Shown: one piece after another, positions 37,601 through 53,000 of the stretch
How positions within the stretch are numbered: position 1 is the stretch's first letter
Layout of the letters: each line of letters begins with the position of its first letter
From: Nemertoderma westbladi
Lineage: Eukaryota > Animalia > Xenacoelomorpha
Direction of reading: 5' to 3'
DNA length: 64,000 nucleotides
NCBI GenBank assembly: GCA_032718475.1
Contig: JAUCBJ010008372.1
Coordinates: 1-64,000, forward strand
Position numbers and translations under genes: made by a program
Notes under the pieces: model-generated
The model's input: only the letters and a program-made list of their open reading frames with translations
Database searches by the model: none
What the model was told of the DNA's origin: nothing

Positions 37601-40600
37601 GAGATGGTCACGGCACAATTATAGTAATTGATACGTTCAGTAAAGATCAAACTGAAAGAAAGAAAAGTATCAAACAGGTGGAAAGTATATTGGAGAAAAC
37701 TGAAGAATTAAAGGAAATCGTTGAGTATATTGGATGGGTTGGTCCCATAAATAAACCACTCCAGGGTAAGATAACTGATATAATTATATCTACTGTTGAT
37801 GTTCTTTCAGATAAAGAGAAAGAACTTTACTTTAGACTGGATGCAGATATTTCTGAGTTAACAACCCAGAATCTGGTTAGTATTTGGGGTTTAAATGAAG
37901 TTTCAACAATAGAAATTGTTAATAAATTCAAAGACATGGGACTTATGATTATGAATATAAGTGGATCAAATACACTGAAACTTCCAAAATTTTTAATTAA
38001 TTATATAAAAGAACAAAAACTGCCCATAGAGATACTGGCGAGAGGCCCAGAAGCATTGGCTGCTTATAAAGCAGCTCTTTCTAAAGGGACTACATGGATA
38101 CTGAAAACCCGGTTAATGTTAGTGGGACAAGAGAGGGCTGGTAAAACTAGTTTGAAGAAGTCCCTTATTGGTCAACCGTTTGATATAAATGAACCAATAA
38201 CTGATGGTATTGACTCATCTGCTAACTGTATTATAAATACCGGACAAAACACAGATTGGACCAACATGAAAGAAGAGCCTGAGACAGCTGTTGATGTCGT
38301 CATTACTAAGGAAATTGCAAAAACAGTTCTAGAAAGAAAACAAGTTGCAGGTGATGAGTCTGATATTTCTGGAACTTCAGCAATGGGTATTGGTATTGCG
38401 ACACCCTCAGTTGCAACATCTTCATCTTCTACTGATGATCAACCTAAGATTGCTACTTCAACTCCAAGTTATGGTGCTGAGAAAGTTCAAAAGGATAGTT
38501 TGTGGAGGCGGGTAGTTTCAGTATTACCTGGTTTAAAGTCAAAATATAATAGAAGTAAAATAAATATAAAATCTAGTACAACTTTATTAACTGGTGAGAA
38601 TGAAAGTAAACCTATTGAAGAAAATCTTTCTAGGCAACCCATAAGGGGAGCTATGGGAAATGATATTCCTGGCAACATCACAAAGGGAGTAGAGGATATA
38701 TTGTTATCTGGTAAACCTCAAGATATTCTGGCTAAATTTAATGAGGAAGACAGTCGCTTTTCTCTACAGATAGTCGATTTTGGTGGCCAATGTATTTATT
38801 ACACAACCCATCAGATATTTTTGAGTAGACGAGCTATTTATATAATTGTATTTAATCTCTTGGAAAATCTTGAAAAAACTCCTAATATTATTTTCAGATC
38901 TGATGAAAACAATATTAATGAGTTTGTTTTCGGTGAGATTAAGAATATTGAGTTTATTGAATTTTGGTTAAAAAATATTTATTCGTTTGGTACAAAACTA
39001 GAAGTAAATTCTTGTCCACCTGTTTTTGTAGTTGGAACTCATAAAGGCAGCTTACATGCTGATCCTGATACTCAATCTGTAATAGCAAGTAAAATATTTG
39101 AAAAGATTAAGACCCATTTGGGTAAATCTTCATATACAGATAATCTAATTAAAGATTACTTTGCTATAGAGAATAATAGAGAAATTATATATGGTGGAGA
39201 GAAAGGACTTGAAAATTTACAGGCCGATATTGTCAAGGAAATGGTAAATTTTAAGGAGGAAATACCTTTGCAATATCTAAAATTTGACCAACTTGTGTCT
39301 CAATTAATCAAGGATGGTAAAGTTTATATTGACATTGACTTGCTAGAGATTAAATTAAAGGATATTGATGTAGAAATGGATAACATTGGTTTGAAAACCA
39401 TGTTAGAATTTTACCACGATTTGGGTACAATAATTTACTTTGACGATGAATCTCTAAGAGATACTGTTATACTGAGCCCAGAATGGTTGAGTGGAATGTT
39501 TACCAAAATAATAACTGTAAAAGACAAAATAAAGAAACAACATTTTACATTCTGGAAGAACCTGGATGACAATGGTATATTACATGAAGAACTCCTTGAT
39601 TATCTGTGGGAAGGCGTTCTTGATAAAAAACAATTTATGTTGAATATTCTAGAACGTTTTGATTTATTATGTGAACGAGTTTTACCAAGAACCGAAAGAA
39701 CATTGCAAGATGATGTAAAGTTGGCTTATTATGTACCTTGCCGCCTTAAATCTGTTAGATATACTCCATTCACACCAAGACAATGTAAAGTTGAATTTTA
39801 TATTACATTCAAGAGTTTCTTACCGCAAGGATTGTACTACCGTTTAATTAAGAGAACTATAGATTTGTCCTACATTGTAGGTAATAGAGTAATTCAACCT
39901 AAACTTTACCACAGAGTTGCTCAAATATTTTTAGATTTTAATCATCAGGTAATTTTGGAAAGATCTTCTATTTCATTAAATTGGATTAAAGTTCAGGTAA
40001 TTAGATCTGAGATGTTTAGTTCGGGCGATGAACAAACTGAAAGTAAACTTGCACCAGATCCGGATATTGTTAATAAAGTAAATCATTTTATTAATACTTC
40101 ATTGAAGGAAATTATTACCCAAATGAGATTTAAAAATATTTCATTTGATTTCGAAATAAAATGTGAATGTAATGCTAAATGCGATCAACATAGATTACTT
40201 GACTGCAATGAAGAAGGATGTTTTCACTTTGTTAAACTGGCAGATATTCTATCAAATGATTTTGTTCAATGTAAATTTAATAACTCTGTTAGAAGTCGAT
40301 ATATTAGTGGAAAATTCCCTGTTGTTGGGAGATTTAGCTCACATTGGTTAAACATTACAACTAACCAAGATGACCTTATTGATAGACTGGAAATCTCAGA
40401 GTTACTTGTATACTTAGCAAGTAAGGGGGCTATATCAAAGGAAGTTTTAGCTGTTATTGAATCTAAGTCGAATTTGTTGAGTAAGAATAAGATTTTGTTG
40501 GAGTCAATAAAATGGGGATCAGAAAATAATTACAAAGTATTTATTGAAGCATTATATGTAACCAATCAACCGCTTTTGGTTGAAATTTTGCATGAAAAAA

Positions 40601-41022
40601 TCAAAATGGAAGACCAAATGTTCCCTGATATTCTAACAAAGTATAAATATATGTTAATGAAAAATTTAGAACAAACTAAATTTGTTGCACAACTTCTTAT
40701 TATCAGAAAAGTTATAAGTAAATCTATCCTAGAAATAATAGAATGCAAAGAATCCATAGATAGTAAGAATGTTGTACTTATAAACGCAGTAATGAAAAGA
40801 TCTTATAAGGATTTTCTATCTTTTTGTAAATGTCTCAGGGTCACCAACCAACATCATTTAGCTGATACTCTAGAGGAAGCTACCAAAGGTTATGATGCTG
40901 ATATTGTAGACATTACCAATCAAGCTGATGAAGTTGCTGATATAGATAATACTAATCAAGGTGGAGAGGCCGCTGGGGTTATAGACGTTACCAATCAACC
41001 GGTGGAGAGGCTGCTGTTATAG
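37601..41022 (+). CDS. Large exon of a Roco-family protein: Apaf-1-like winged helix, Roc GTPase, COR, CARD, CARD
   Basis: The ORF opens at 37552, with a likely acceptor ctttatgcag at 37600. PIEILARGPEALAAY pre-Roc motif; G1 GQERAGKTS; G2 TDGID; G3 DFGGQ then YYTTHQIFLSRRAIYIIVFNL; G4 VGTHKG; COR LEFYHDLGTIIYF..VILSPEWL. Two ~85-aa death-fold repeats end FIEALYVTNQPLLVEIL and FCKCLRVTNQHHLADTL. Confidence 0.88.
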
Positions 41023-44000
41023 ACGTTACCAATCAACCGGTGGAGAGGCTGCTGTTATAGACATTGCCAATCAATGTAATGTAGCTGTTGTTATAGATGT
41101 TACCAATCAACCGGTGGAGAGGCTGCTGTTATAGATAGATATTGCCAATTAATGTAATGTAGCTGTTGCTATAGATGTTACCAATCAACCGGTGGAGAGG
41201 CTGCTGGGGTTATAGACTTTACCAATCAAGGTGAAGAGGCTGCTGTTATAAACATTACCAATCAAGGTGAAGAGGATGCTGTTATAAACATTACCAATCA
41301 AGGCAGAGAGATTGCTGTTGTAGACGTTACCAATCAAGGCAGAGAGACTGCTGTTATAGACGATACCAATCAAGGTAGAGGGGCTGCTGTAATAGACGAT
41401 ACCAATGAAGGTGGAGAGGCTGCTGTTATAGACGTTACCAATGAAGGTGGAGAGGCTGCTGTTATAGACGTTACGAATGAAGGTAGAGAGGCTGTTGTTA
41501 TAAACGTTACCAATCAAGGTAGAGAGGCTGCTGTAATAGACGATACCAATCAAGGTAGAGGGGCTGCTGTTATAGACATTACCAATCAAGGTAGAGAGGC
41601 TGCTGTAATAGACGATACCAATCAAGGTAGAGAGGCTGCTGTTATAGACATTACCAATCAAGGTAGAGGGGCTGCTGTTATAGACATTACCAATGAAGCT
41701 AGAGAGTCTGCTGTTATAGACATTACCAATCAAGGTAGAGAGGCTGCTGTAATAGACGATACCAATCAAGGTAGAGAGGCTGCTGTAATAGACGATACCA
41801 ATCAAGGTAGAGGGGCTGCTGTTATAGACATTACCAATCAAGGTAGAGAGGCTGCTGTAATAGACGATACCAATCAAGGTAGAGAGGCTGCTGTTATAGA
41901 CATTACCAATCAAGGTAGAGGGGCTGCTGTAATAGACGATACCAATCAAGGTAGAGAGGCTGCTGTAATAGACATTACAAATGAAGGAGGAGAGGCTGCT
42001 GTTATAGACATTACCAATCAAGGATGAGAGGCTGCTGTTATAGACATTACCAATCAAGGTAGAGAGGCTGCTGTAATAGACGATACCAATCAAGGTAGAG
42101 AGGCTGCTGTAATAGACGATACCAATCAAGGTAGAGAGGCTGCTGTTATAGACATTACCAATCGAGGTAGAGGGGCTGCTGTTATAGACATTACCAATCA
42201 AGGTAGAGAGGCTGCTGTAATAGACGATACCAATCAAGGTAGAGAGGCTGCTGTTATAGACATTACCAATCAAGGTAGAGGGGCTGCTGTTATAGACATT
42301 ACCAATCAAGGTAGAGAGGCTGCTGTAATAGACGATACCAATCAAGGTAGAGAGGCTGCTGTTATAGACATTACCAATCAAGGTAGAGGGGCTGCTGTTA
42401 TAGACATTACCAATGAAGCTAGAGAGTCTGCTGTTATAGACATTACCAATCAAGGTAGAGAGGCTGCTGTTATAGACATTACCACTGAAGGTGGAGAGGC
42501 TGCTGTTATAGACATTACCAATCAAGGTATAGAAGAGAGGCTGCTGTAATAGACGATACCAATCAAGGTAGAGAGGCTGCTGTAATAGACGATACCAATC
42601 AAGGTAGAGGGGCTGCTGTTATAGACATTACCAATCAAGGTAGAGAGGCTGCTGTAATAGACGATACCAATCAAGGTAGAGAGGCTGCTGTTATAGACAT
42701 TACCAATCAAGGTAGAGGGGCTGCTGTAATAGACGATACCAATCAAGGTAGAGAGGCTGCTGTAATAGACATTACAAATGAAGGAGGAGAGGCTGCTGTT
42801 ATAGACATTACCAATCAAGGATGAGAGGCTGCTGTTATAGACATTACCAATCAAGGTAGAGAGGCTGCTGTAATAGACGATACCAATCAAGGTAGAGAGG
42901 CTGCTGTAATAGACGATACCAATCAAGGTAGAGAGGCTGCTGTAATAGACGATACCAATCAAGGTAGAGGGGCTGCTGTTATAGACATTACCAATCAAGG
43001 TAGAGATGCTGCTGTAATAGACGATACCAATCAAGGTAGAGAGGCTGCTGTTATAGACATTACCAATCAAGGTAGAGGGGCTGCTGTTATAGACATTACC
43101 AATGAAGCTAGAGAGTCTGCTGTTATAGACATTACCAATCAAGGTAGAGAGGCTGCTGTTATAGACATTACCAATCAAGGTAGAGAGGCTGCTGTTATAG
43201 ACATTACCAATCAAGGTAGAGGGGCTGCTGTTATAGACATTACCAATCAAGGTAGAGAGGCTGCTGTAATAGACGATACCAATCAAGGTAGAGAGGCTGC
43301 TGTAATAGACGATACCAATCAAGGTAGAGAGGCTGCTATGATAGACATTACCAATCAAGGTAGAGGGGCTGCTGTTATAGACATTACCAATGAAGCTAGA
43401 GAGTCTGCTGTTATAGACATTACCAATCAAGGTAGAGAGGCTGCTGTTATAGACATTACCAATCAAGGATGAGAGGCTGCTGTTATAGACATTACCAATG
43501 AAGGTGGAGAGGCTGCTGTTATAGACATTACCAATGAAGGTGGAGAGGCTGCTGTTATAGACATTACCAATCAAGGTAGAGAGGCTGCTGTAATAGACGA
43601 TACCAATCAAGGTAGAGAGGTTGCTGTAATAGACGATACCACTCAAGGTAGAGGGGCTGCTGTTATAGACGTTACCAATCAAGGATGAGAGGCTGCCGTT
43701 ATAGACATTACCAATCAAGGATGAGAGGCTGCTGTTATAGACATTACCAATCAAGGTAGAGGGGCTGCTGTTATAGACATTACCAATCAAGGATGAGAGG
43801 CTGCTGTTATAGACATTACCAATCAAGGTAGAGAGGCTGCTGTAATAGACGATACCAATCAAGGTAGAGAGGTTGCTGTAATAGACGATACCACTCAAGG
43901 TAGAGGGGCTGCTGTTATAGACGTTACCAATCAAGGATGAGAGGCTGCTGTTATAAACGTTACCAATCAATGTAGAGAGGCTGCTGTAATAGACGATACC

Positions 44001-47000
44001 AATCAAGGTAGAGAGGCTGCTGTTATAGACGTTACCAATCAAGGTAGAGAGGCTGCTGTAATAGACATTACCAATCAAGGTAGAGAGGCTGCTGTTATAG
44101 ACATTACCAATGAAGGTGGAGAGGCTGCTGTTATAGACGTTACCAATCAAGGTAGAGAGGCTGCTGTAATAGACGATACCAATCAAGGTAGAGAGGCTGC
44201 TGTAATAGACATTACCAATCAAGGTAGAGAGGCTGCTGTTCTAGACGTTACCAATCAAGGTAGAGAGGCTGCTGTAATAGACATTACCAATCAAGGTAGA
44301 GAGGCTGCTGTTATAGACATTACCAATGAAGGTGGAGAGACTGCTGTTATAGACATTACCAATGAAGGTGGAGAGGCTGCTGTTATAGACATTACCAATC
44401 AAGGTAGAGAGGCTGCTGTAATAGACATTACCAATCAAGGTAGAGAGGCTGCTGTTATAGACATTACCAATGAAGGTGGAGAGGCTGCTGTTATAGACGT
44501 TACCAATCAAGGATGAGAGGCTGCTGTAATAGACGTTACCAATCAAGGTAGAGAGGCTGCTGTTATAGACATTACCAATCAAGGTAGAGAGGCTGCTGTT
44601 ATAGACATTACCAATCAAGGTAGAGAGGCTGCTGTTATAGACATTACCAATCAAGGTAGAGGGGCTGCTGTTATAGACATTACCAATCAAGGTAGAGAGG
44701 CTGCTGTAATAGACGATACCAATCAAGGTAGAGAGGCTGCTGTTATAGACATTACCAATCAAGGTAGAGAGGCTGCTATGATAGACATTACCAATCAAGG
44801 TAGAGGGGCTGCTGTTATAGACATTACCAATGAAGCTAGAGAGTCTGCTGTTATAGACATTACCAATCAAGGTAGAGAGGCTGCTGTTATAGACATTACC
44901 AATCAAGGATGAGAGGCTGCTGTTATAGACATTACCAATGAAGGTGGAGAGGCTGCTGTTATAGACATTACCAATGAAGGTGGAGAGGCTGCTGTTATAG
45001 ACATTACCAATCAAGGATGAGAGGTTGCTGTAATAGATGATACCAATCAAGGTAGAGGGGCTGCTGTTATAGACATTACCAATGAAGGTGGAGAGGCTGC
45101 TGTAATAGACGTTACCAATCAAGGTAGAGAGTCTGCTGTTATAGACATTACCAATCAAGGTAGAGGGGCTGCTGTTATAGACATTACCAATGAAGGTGGA
45201 GAGGCTGCTGTAATAGATGTTACCAATCAAGGTAGAGAGTCTGCTGTTATAGACATTACCAATCAAGGATGAGAGGCTGCTGTTATAGACATTACCAATC
45301 AAGGTAGAGAGGCTGCTGTAATAGACGATACCAATCAAGGTAGAGAGGCTGCTGTAATAGACGATACCAATCAAGGTAGAGGGGCTGCTGTTATAGACAT
45401 TACCAATCAAGGTAGAGAGGCTGCTGTAATAGACGATACCAATCAAGGTAGAGAGGCTGCTGTTATAGACATTACCAATCAAGGTAGAGGGGCTGCTGTT
45501 ATAGACATTACCAATGAAGCTAGAGAGTCTGCTGTTATAGACATTACCAATCAAGGTAGAGAGGCTGCTGTTATAGACATTACCAATCAAGGTAGAGAGG
45601 CTGCTGTTATAGACATTACCAATCAAGGTAGAGGGGCTGCTGTTATAGACATTACCAATCAAGGATGAGAGGCTGCTGTTATAGACATTACCAATGAAGG
45701 TGGAGAGGCTGCTGTTATAGACATTACCAATCAAGGTAGAGGGGCTGCTGTTATAGACATTACCAATCAAGGTAGAGAGGCTGCTGTAATAGACGATACC
45801 AATGAAGGTGGAGAGGCTGCTGTTATAGACATTACCAATCAAGGTTGAGAGGCTGCTGTTATAGACATTACCAATCAAGGTAGAGAGGCTGCTGTTATAG
45901 ACATTACCAATCAAGGTAGAGGGGCTGCTGTTATAGACATTACCAATCAAGGTAGAGAGGCTGCTGTAATAGACGATACCAATGAAGGTGGAGAGGCTGC
46001 TGTTATAGACATTACCAATCAAGGTTGAGAGGCTGCTGTTATAGACATTACCAATCAAGGATGAGAGGCTGCTGTTATAGACATTACCAATCAAGGTTGA
46101 GAGGCTGCTGTTATAGACATTACCAATGAAGGTGGAGAGGCTGCTGTTATAGACATTACCAATCAAGGTAGAGGGGCTGCTGTTATAGACATTACCAATC
46201 AAGGTAGAGAGGCTGCTGTAATAGACGATACCAATGAAGGTGGAGAGGCTGCTGTTATAGACATTACCAATCAAGGTTGAGAGGCTGCTGTTATAGACAT
46301 TACCAATCAAGGTAGAGAGGCTGCTGTTATAGACATTACCAATCAAGGTAGAGGGGCTGCTGTTATAGACATTACCAATGAAGGTGGAGAGGCTGCTGTA
46401 ATAGACGTTACCAATCAAGGTAGAGAGTCTGCTGTTATAGACATTACCAATCAAGGATGAGAGGCTGCTGTTATAGACATTACCAATCAAGGATGAGAGG
46501 CTGCTGTTATAGACATTACCAATCAAGGATGAGAGGCTGCTGTTATAGACATTACCAATGAAGGTGGAGAGGCTGCTGTTATAGACATTACCAATCAAGG
46601 TTGAGAGGCTGCTGTAATAGACGATACCAATGAAGGTGGAGAGGCTGCTGTTATAGACATTACCAATCAAGGTTGAGAGGCTGCTGTTATAGACATTACC
46701 AATCAAGGTAGAGAGGCTGCTGTAATAGACGATACCAATCAAGGTTGAGAGGCTGCTGTTATAGACATTACCAATCAAGGTTGAGAGGCTGCTGTTATAG
46801 ACATTACCAATCGAGGTAGAGAGGCTGCTGTTATAGACATTACCAATCAAGGTAGAGGGGCTGCTGTTATAGACATTACCAATGAAGGTGGAGAGGCTGC
46901 TGTAATAGACATTACCAATCAAGGTAGAGGGGCTGCTGTTATAGACGTTACCAATCAAGGTTGAGAGGCTGCTGTTATAGACATTACCAATCAAGGATGA

Positions 47001-50000
47001 GAGGCTGCTGTTATAGACATTACCAATGAAGGATGAGAGGCTGCTGTAATAGACGATACCAATCAATGTAGAGGGGCTGCTGTTATAGACGTTACCAATC
47101 AAGGATGAGAGGCTGCTGTTATAGACATTACCAATCAAGGTAGAGGGGCTGCTGTTATAGACATTGCCAATGAAGGAGGAGAGGCTGCTGTTATAGACAT
47201 TACCAATGAAGGTGGAGAGGCTGCTGTTATAGACGTTACCAATCAAGGTAGAGGGGGTGCTGTTATAGACGTTACCATGAAGGTGAAAAGGCTGCTGTTA
47301 TAGACATTACCAATCAAGGTAGAGGGGCTGCTGTTATAGACATTGCCAATGAAGGTGGAGAGGCTGCTGTTATAGACGTTACCAATCAAGGTAGAGGGGG
47401 TGCTGTTATAGACGTTACCATGAAGGTGAAAAGGCTGCTGTTATAGACATTACCAATCAAGGTAGAGGGGCTGCTGTTATAGACATTGCCAATGAAGGAG
47501 GAGAGGCTGCTGTTATAGACATTACCAATGAAGGTGAAGAGGCTGCTGTTATAGACGTTACCAATCAAGGATGAGAGGCTGCTGTTATAGACGTTACCAA
47601 TCAAGGATGAGAGGCTGCTGTTATAGACATTACCAATAAAGGTGGAGAGGCTGCTGTTATAGACATTACCAATCAAGGTAGAGGGGGTGCTGTTATAGAC
47701 ATTACCAATCAAGGTAGAGGGGCTGCTGTTATAGACGATACCAATCAAGGTAGAGAGGCTGCTGTTATAGACATTACCAATCAAGGTAGAGGGGGTGCTG
47801 TTATAGACATTACCAATGAAGGTGAAGAGGCTGCTGTTATAGACGTTACCAATCAAGGATGAGAGGCTGCTGTTATAGACATTACCAATAAAGGTGGAGA
47901 GGCTGCTGTTATAGACATTACCAATCAAGGTAGAGGGGGTGCTGTTATAGACATTACCAATCAAGGTAGAGGGGCTGCTGTTATAGACGATACCAATCAA
48001 GGTAGAGAGGCTGCTGTTATAGACATTACCAATCAAGGTAGAGGGGGTGCTGTTATAGACATTACCAATCAAGGTAGAGGGGCTGCTGTTATAGACGATA
48101 CCAATCAAGGTAGAGAGGCTGCTGTTATAGACATTACCAATGAAGGTAGAGAGGCTGCTGTTATATACGTTACCAATGAAGGTGGAGAGGCTGTTGTTAT
48201 AAACGTTACCAATCAAGGATGAGAGGCTGCTGTAATAGACGATACCAATCAAGGTAGAGGGGCTGCTGTTATAGACGTTACCAATCAAGGATGAGAGGCT
48301 GCTGTTATAGACATTACCAATCAAGGTAGAGGGGCTGCTGTTATAGACATTACCAATGAAGGTGGAGAGGCTGCTGTTATTGACGTTACCAATCAAGGAT
48401 GAGAGGCTGCTGTTATAGACATTACCAATCAAGGTAGAGGGGCTGCTGTTATAGACATTACCAATGAAGGTGGAGAGGCTACTGTTATGGACGTTACCAA
48501 TCAAGGATGAGAGGCTGCTGTTATAGACATTACCAATCAAGGTAGAGGGGCTGTTGTTATAGACGTTACCAATCAAGGTAGAGAGGCTGCAGTTATAGAC
48601 ATTGCCAATGAAGGAGGAGAGGCTGCTGTTATAGACGTTACCAATCAAGGATGAGAGGCTGCTGTAATAGACGATACCAATCAAGATAGAGGGGCTGCTG
48701 TTATAGACATTACCAATGAAGGTGGAGAGGCTGCTGTTATAGACATTACCAATCAAGGTAGAGAGGCTGCTGTTATAGACGTTACCATGAAGGTGGAGAG
48801 GCTGCTGTTATAAACGTTACCAATCAAGGTAGAGGGGGTGCTGTTATAGACATTACCAATGAAGGTGGAGAGGCTGCTGTTATAGACTTTACCAATCAAG
48901 GATGAGAGGCTGCTGTTATAAACGTTACCAATCAAGGATGAGAGGCTGCTGTTATAGACATTACCAATCAAGGTAGAGAGGCTGCTGTAATAGACGTTAC
49001 CAATCAAGGTAGAGAGGCTGCTGTAATAGACGTTACCAATCAAGGTAGAGAGGCTGCTGTTATAAACGTTACCAATCAAGGATGAGAGGCTGCTGTTATA
49101 AACGTTACCAATCAAGGATGAGAGGCTGCTGTTATAGACATTACCAATCAAGGTAGAGAGGCTGCTGTAATAGACGTTACCAATCAAGGTAGAGAGGCTG
49201 CTGTAATAGACGTTACCAATCAAGGTAGAGAGGCTGCTGTTATAAACGTTACCAATCAAGGATGAGAGGCTGCTGTTATAAACGTTACCAATCAAGGATG
49301 AGAGGCTGCTGTTATAAACGTTACCAATCAAGGTAGAGGGGGTGCTGTTATAGACATTACCAATGAAGGTGGAGAGGCTGCTGTTATAGACTTTACCAAT
49401 CAAGGATGAGAGGCTGCTGTTATAAACGTTACCAATCAAGGATGAGAGGCTGCTGTTATAGACATTACCAATCAAGGTAGAGAGGCTGCTGTAATAGACG
49501 TTACCAATCAAGGTAGAGAGGCTGCTGTAATAGACGTTACCAATCAAGGTAGAGAGGCTGCTGTTATAAACGTTACCAATCAAGGATGAGAGGCTGCTGT
49601 TATAAACGTTACCAATCAAGGATGAGAGGCTGCTGTTATAGACATTACCAATCAAGGTAGAGAGGCTGCTGTAATAGACGTTACCAATCAAGGTAGAGAG
49701 GCTGCTGTAATAGACGTTACCAATCAAGGTAGAGAGGCTGCTGTTATAAACGTTACCAATCAAGGATGAGAGGCTGCTGTTATAGACATTACCAATCAAG
49801 GTAGAGAGGCTGCTGTAATAGACGTTACCAATCAAGGTAGAGAGGCTGCTGTAATAGACGTTACCAATCAAGGTAGAGGGGGTGCTGTTATAAACGTTAC
49901 CAATCAAGGTAGAGAGGCTGCTGTTATAGACATTACCAATGAAGGTGGAGAGGCTGCTGTTATAGACATTACCAATGAAGGTGGAGAGGCTGCTGTTATA

Positions 50001-53000
50001 GACGTTACCAATCAAGGATGAGAGGCTGCTGTTATAGACGTTACCAATCAAGGATGAGAGGCTGCTATAATAGACGATACCAATCAAGGTAGAGAGGCTG
50101 CTGTAATAGACGTTACCAATCAAGGTAGAGAGGCTGCTGTAATAGACGTTACCAATCAAGGTAGAGAGTCTGCTGTAATAGACGATACCAATCAAGGTAG
50201 AGAGGCTGCTGTTATAGACATTACCAATGAAGGTGAAGAGGCTGCTGTTATAAACGTTACCAATCAAGGTAGAGAGGCTGCTGTAATAGACATTGCCAAT
50301 GAAGGAGGAGAGGCTGCTGTTATAGACATTACCAATGAAGGTGGAGAGGCTGCTGTTATAGACATTACCAATGAAGGTGGAGAGGCTGCTGTTATAAACG
50401 TTACCAATCAAGGTAGAGAGGCTGCTGTAATAGACATTGCCAATGAAGGAGGAGAGGCTGCTGTTATAGACATTACCAATGAAGGTGGAGAGGCTGCTGT
50501 TATAGACATTACCAATGAAGGTGGAGAGGCTGCTGTTATAGACGTTACCAATCAAGGATGAGAGGCTGCTGTAATAGACGATACCAATCAAGATAGAGGG
50601 GCTGCTGTTATAAACATTACCAATCAAGGTAGAGAGGCTGCTGTAATAGACGTTACCAATCAATATAGAGGGGCTGCTGTTATAAACATTACCAATCAAG
50701 GTAGAGAGGCTGCTGTTATAGACATTGCCAATGAAGGAGGAGAGGCTGCTGTTATAGACATTACCAATGAAGGTGGAGAGGCTGCTGTTATAGACATTAC
50801 CAATGAAGGTGGAGAGGCTGCTGTTATAGACGTTACCAATCAAGGATGAGAGGCTGCTGTTATAGACGTTACCAATCAAGGATGAGAGGCTGCTGTAATA
50901 GACGATACCAATCAAGATAGAGGGGCTGCTGTTATAAACATTACCAATCAAGGTAGAGAGGCTGCTGTAATAGACGTTACCAATCAAGATAGAGGGGCTG
51001 CTGTTATAAACATTACCAATCAAGGTAGAGAGGCTGCTGTAATAGACGTTACCAATCAAGGTAGAGAGGCTGCTGTTATAAACGTTACCAATCAAGGTAG
51101 AGAGGCTGCTGTTATAAACGTTACCAATCAAGGTAGAGGGGCTGCTGTTATAGACGTTACCAATGAAGGTGGAGAGGCTGCTGTTATAGACGTTACCAAT
51201 GAAGGTGGAGAGGCTGCTGTTATAGACGTTACCAATCAAGGATGATAGGCTGCTGTAATAGACGTTACCAATCAAGGTAGAGAGGCTGCTGTAATAGACG
51301 ATAGCAATGAAGGTGGAGAGGCTGCTGTTATAGACGTTACCAATCAAGGATGAGAGGCTGCTGTAATAGATGTTACCAATCAAGGTAGAGAGGCTGCTGT
51401 AATAGACGTTACCAATGAAGGTGGAGAGGCTGCTGTTATAGACGTTACCAATCAAGGATGAGAGGCTGCTGTAATAGACGTTACCAATCAAGGATGAGAG
51501 GCTGCTGTAATAGACGATACCAATCAAGATAGAGGGGCTGCTGTTATAGACATTACCAATCAAGGTAGAGGGGCTGCTGTTATAGACATTACCAATGAAG
51601 GTGGAGAGGCTGCTGTTATAGACGTTACCAATCAAGGATGAGAGTCTGCTGTTATAGAAATTACCAATCAAGGTAGAGGGGCTGCTGTTATAGACATTAC
51701 CAATGAAGGTGGAGAGTCTGCTGTTATAGACGTTACCAATCAAGGATGAGAGGCTGCTGTTATAGACGTTATCAATCAAGGTAGAGGGGGTGCTGTTATA
51801 GACGTTACCAATCAAGGTAGAGGGGGTGCTGTTATAGACGTTACCAATCAAGGTAGAGGGGTGCTGTTATAGACATTACCAATGAAGGTGGAGAGGCTGC
51901 TGTTATAGACGTTACCAATCAAGGTAGAGGGGGTGCTGTTATAGACGTTACCAATCAAGGTAGAGGGGGTGCTGTTATAGACGTTACCAATCAAGGTAGA
52001 GGGGGTGCTGTTATAGACATTACCAATGAAGGTGGAGAGGCTGCTGTTATAGACGTTACCAATCAAGGTAGAGGGAGTGCTGTTATAGACATTACCAATG
52101 AAGGTAGAGAGGTTGCTGTTATAGACGTTACCAATCAAGGTTGAGAGGCTGCTGTTATAGACGTTACCAACCAAGGTAGAGAGGCTGATGTAATAGACGA
52201 TACCAATCAAGGTAGAGGGGGTGCTGTTATAAACGTTACCAATCAAGGTAGAGCGGGTGCTGTTATAGAAATTACCAATGATGGTAGAGAGGCTGCTGTT
52301 ATAGACGTTACCAATCAAGGTTGAGAGGCTGCTGTAATAGACGATACCAATCAACGTAGAGGGGGTGCTGTTATAGACATTACCAATGAAGGTGGAGAGG
52401 CTGCTGTTATAGACGTTACCAATCAAGGTAGAGAGGCTGCTGTTATAGACATTACCAATCAAGGTAGAGGGGGTGCTGTTATAGACGTTACCAATCAAGC
52501 TAGAGGGAGTGCTGTTATAAACGTTACCAATCAAGGTAGAGGGGGTGCTGTTATAGACATTACCAATGAAGGTGGAGAGGCTGCTGTTATAGACGTTACC
52601 AATCAAGGTAGAGGGAGTGCTGTTATAGACATTACCAATGAAGGTAGAGAGGTTGCTGTTATAGACGTTACCAATCAAGGTTGAGAGGCTGCTGTAATAG
52701 ATGATACCAATCAAGGGAGAGGGGCTGCTGTTATAGACATTACCAATGAAGGTGGAGAGGCTGCTGTTATAGACGTTACCAATCAAGGTAGAGGGAGTGC
52801 TGTTATAGACATTACCAATGAAGGTAGAGAGGTTGCTGTTATAGACGTTACCAATCAAGGTTGAGAGGCTGCTGTTATAGACGTTACCAATCAAGGTAGA
52901 GAGGCTGATGTAATAGACGATACCAATCAAGGTAGAGGGGGTGCTGTTATAAACGTTACCAATCAAGGTAGAGGGAGTGCTGTTATAGACATTACCAATG

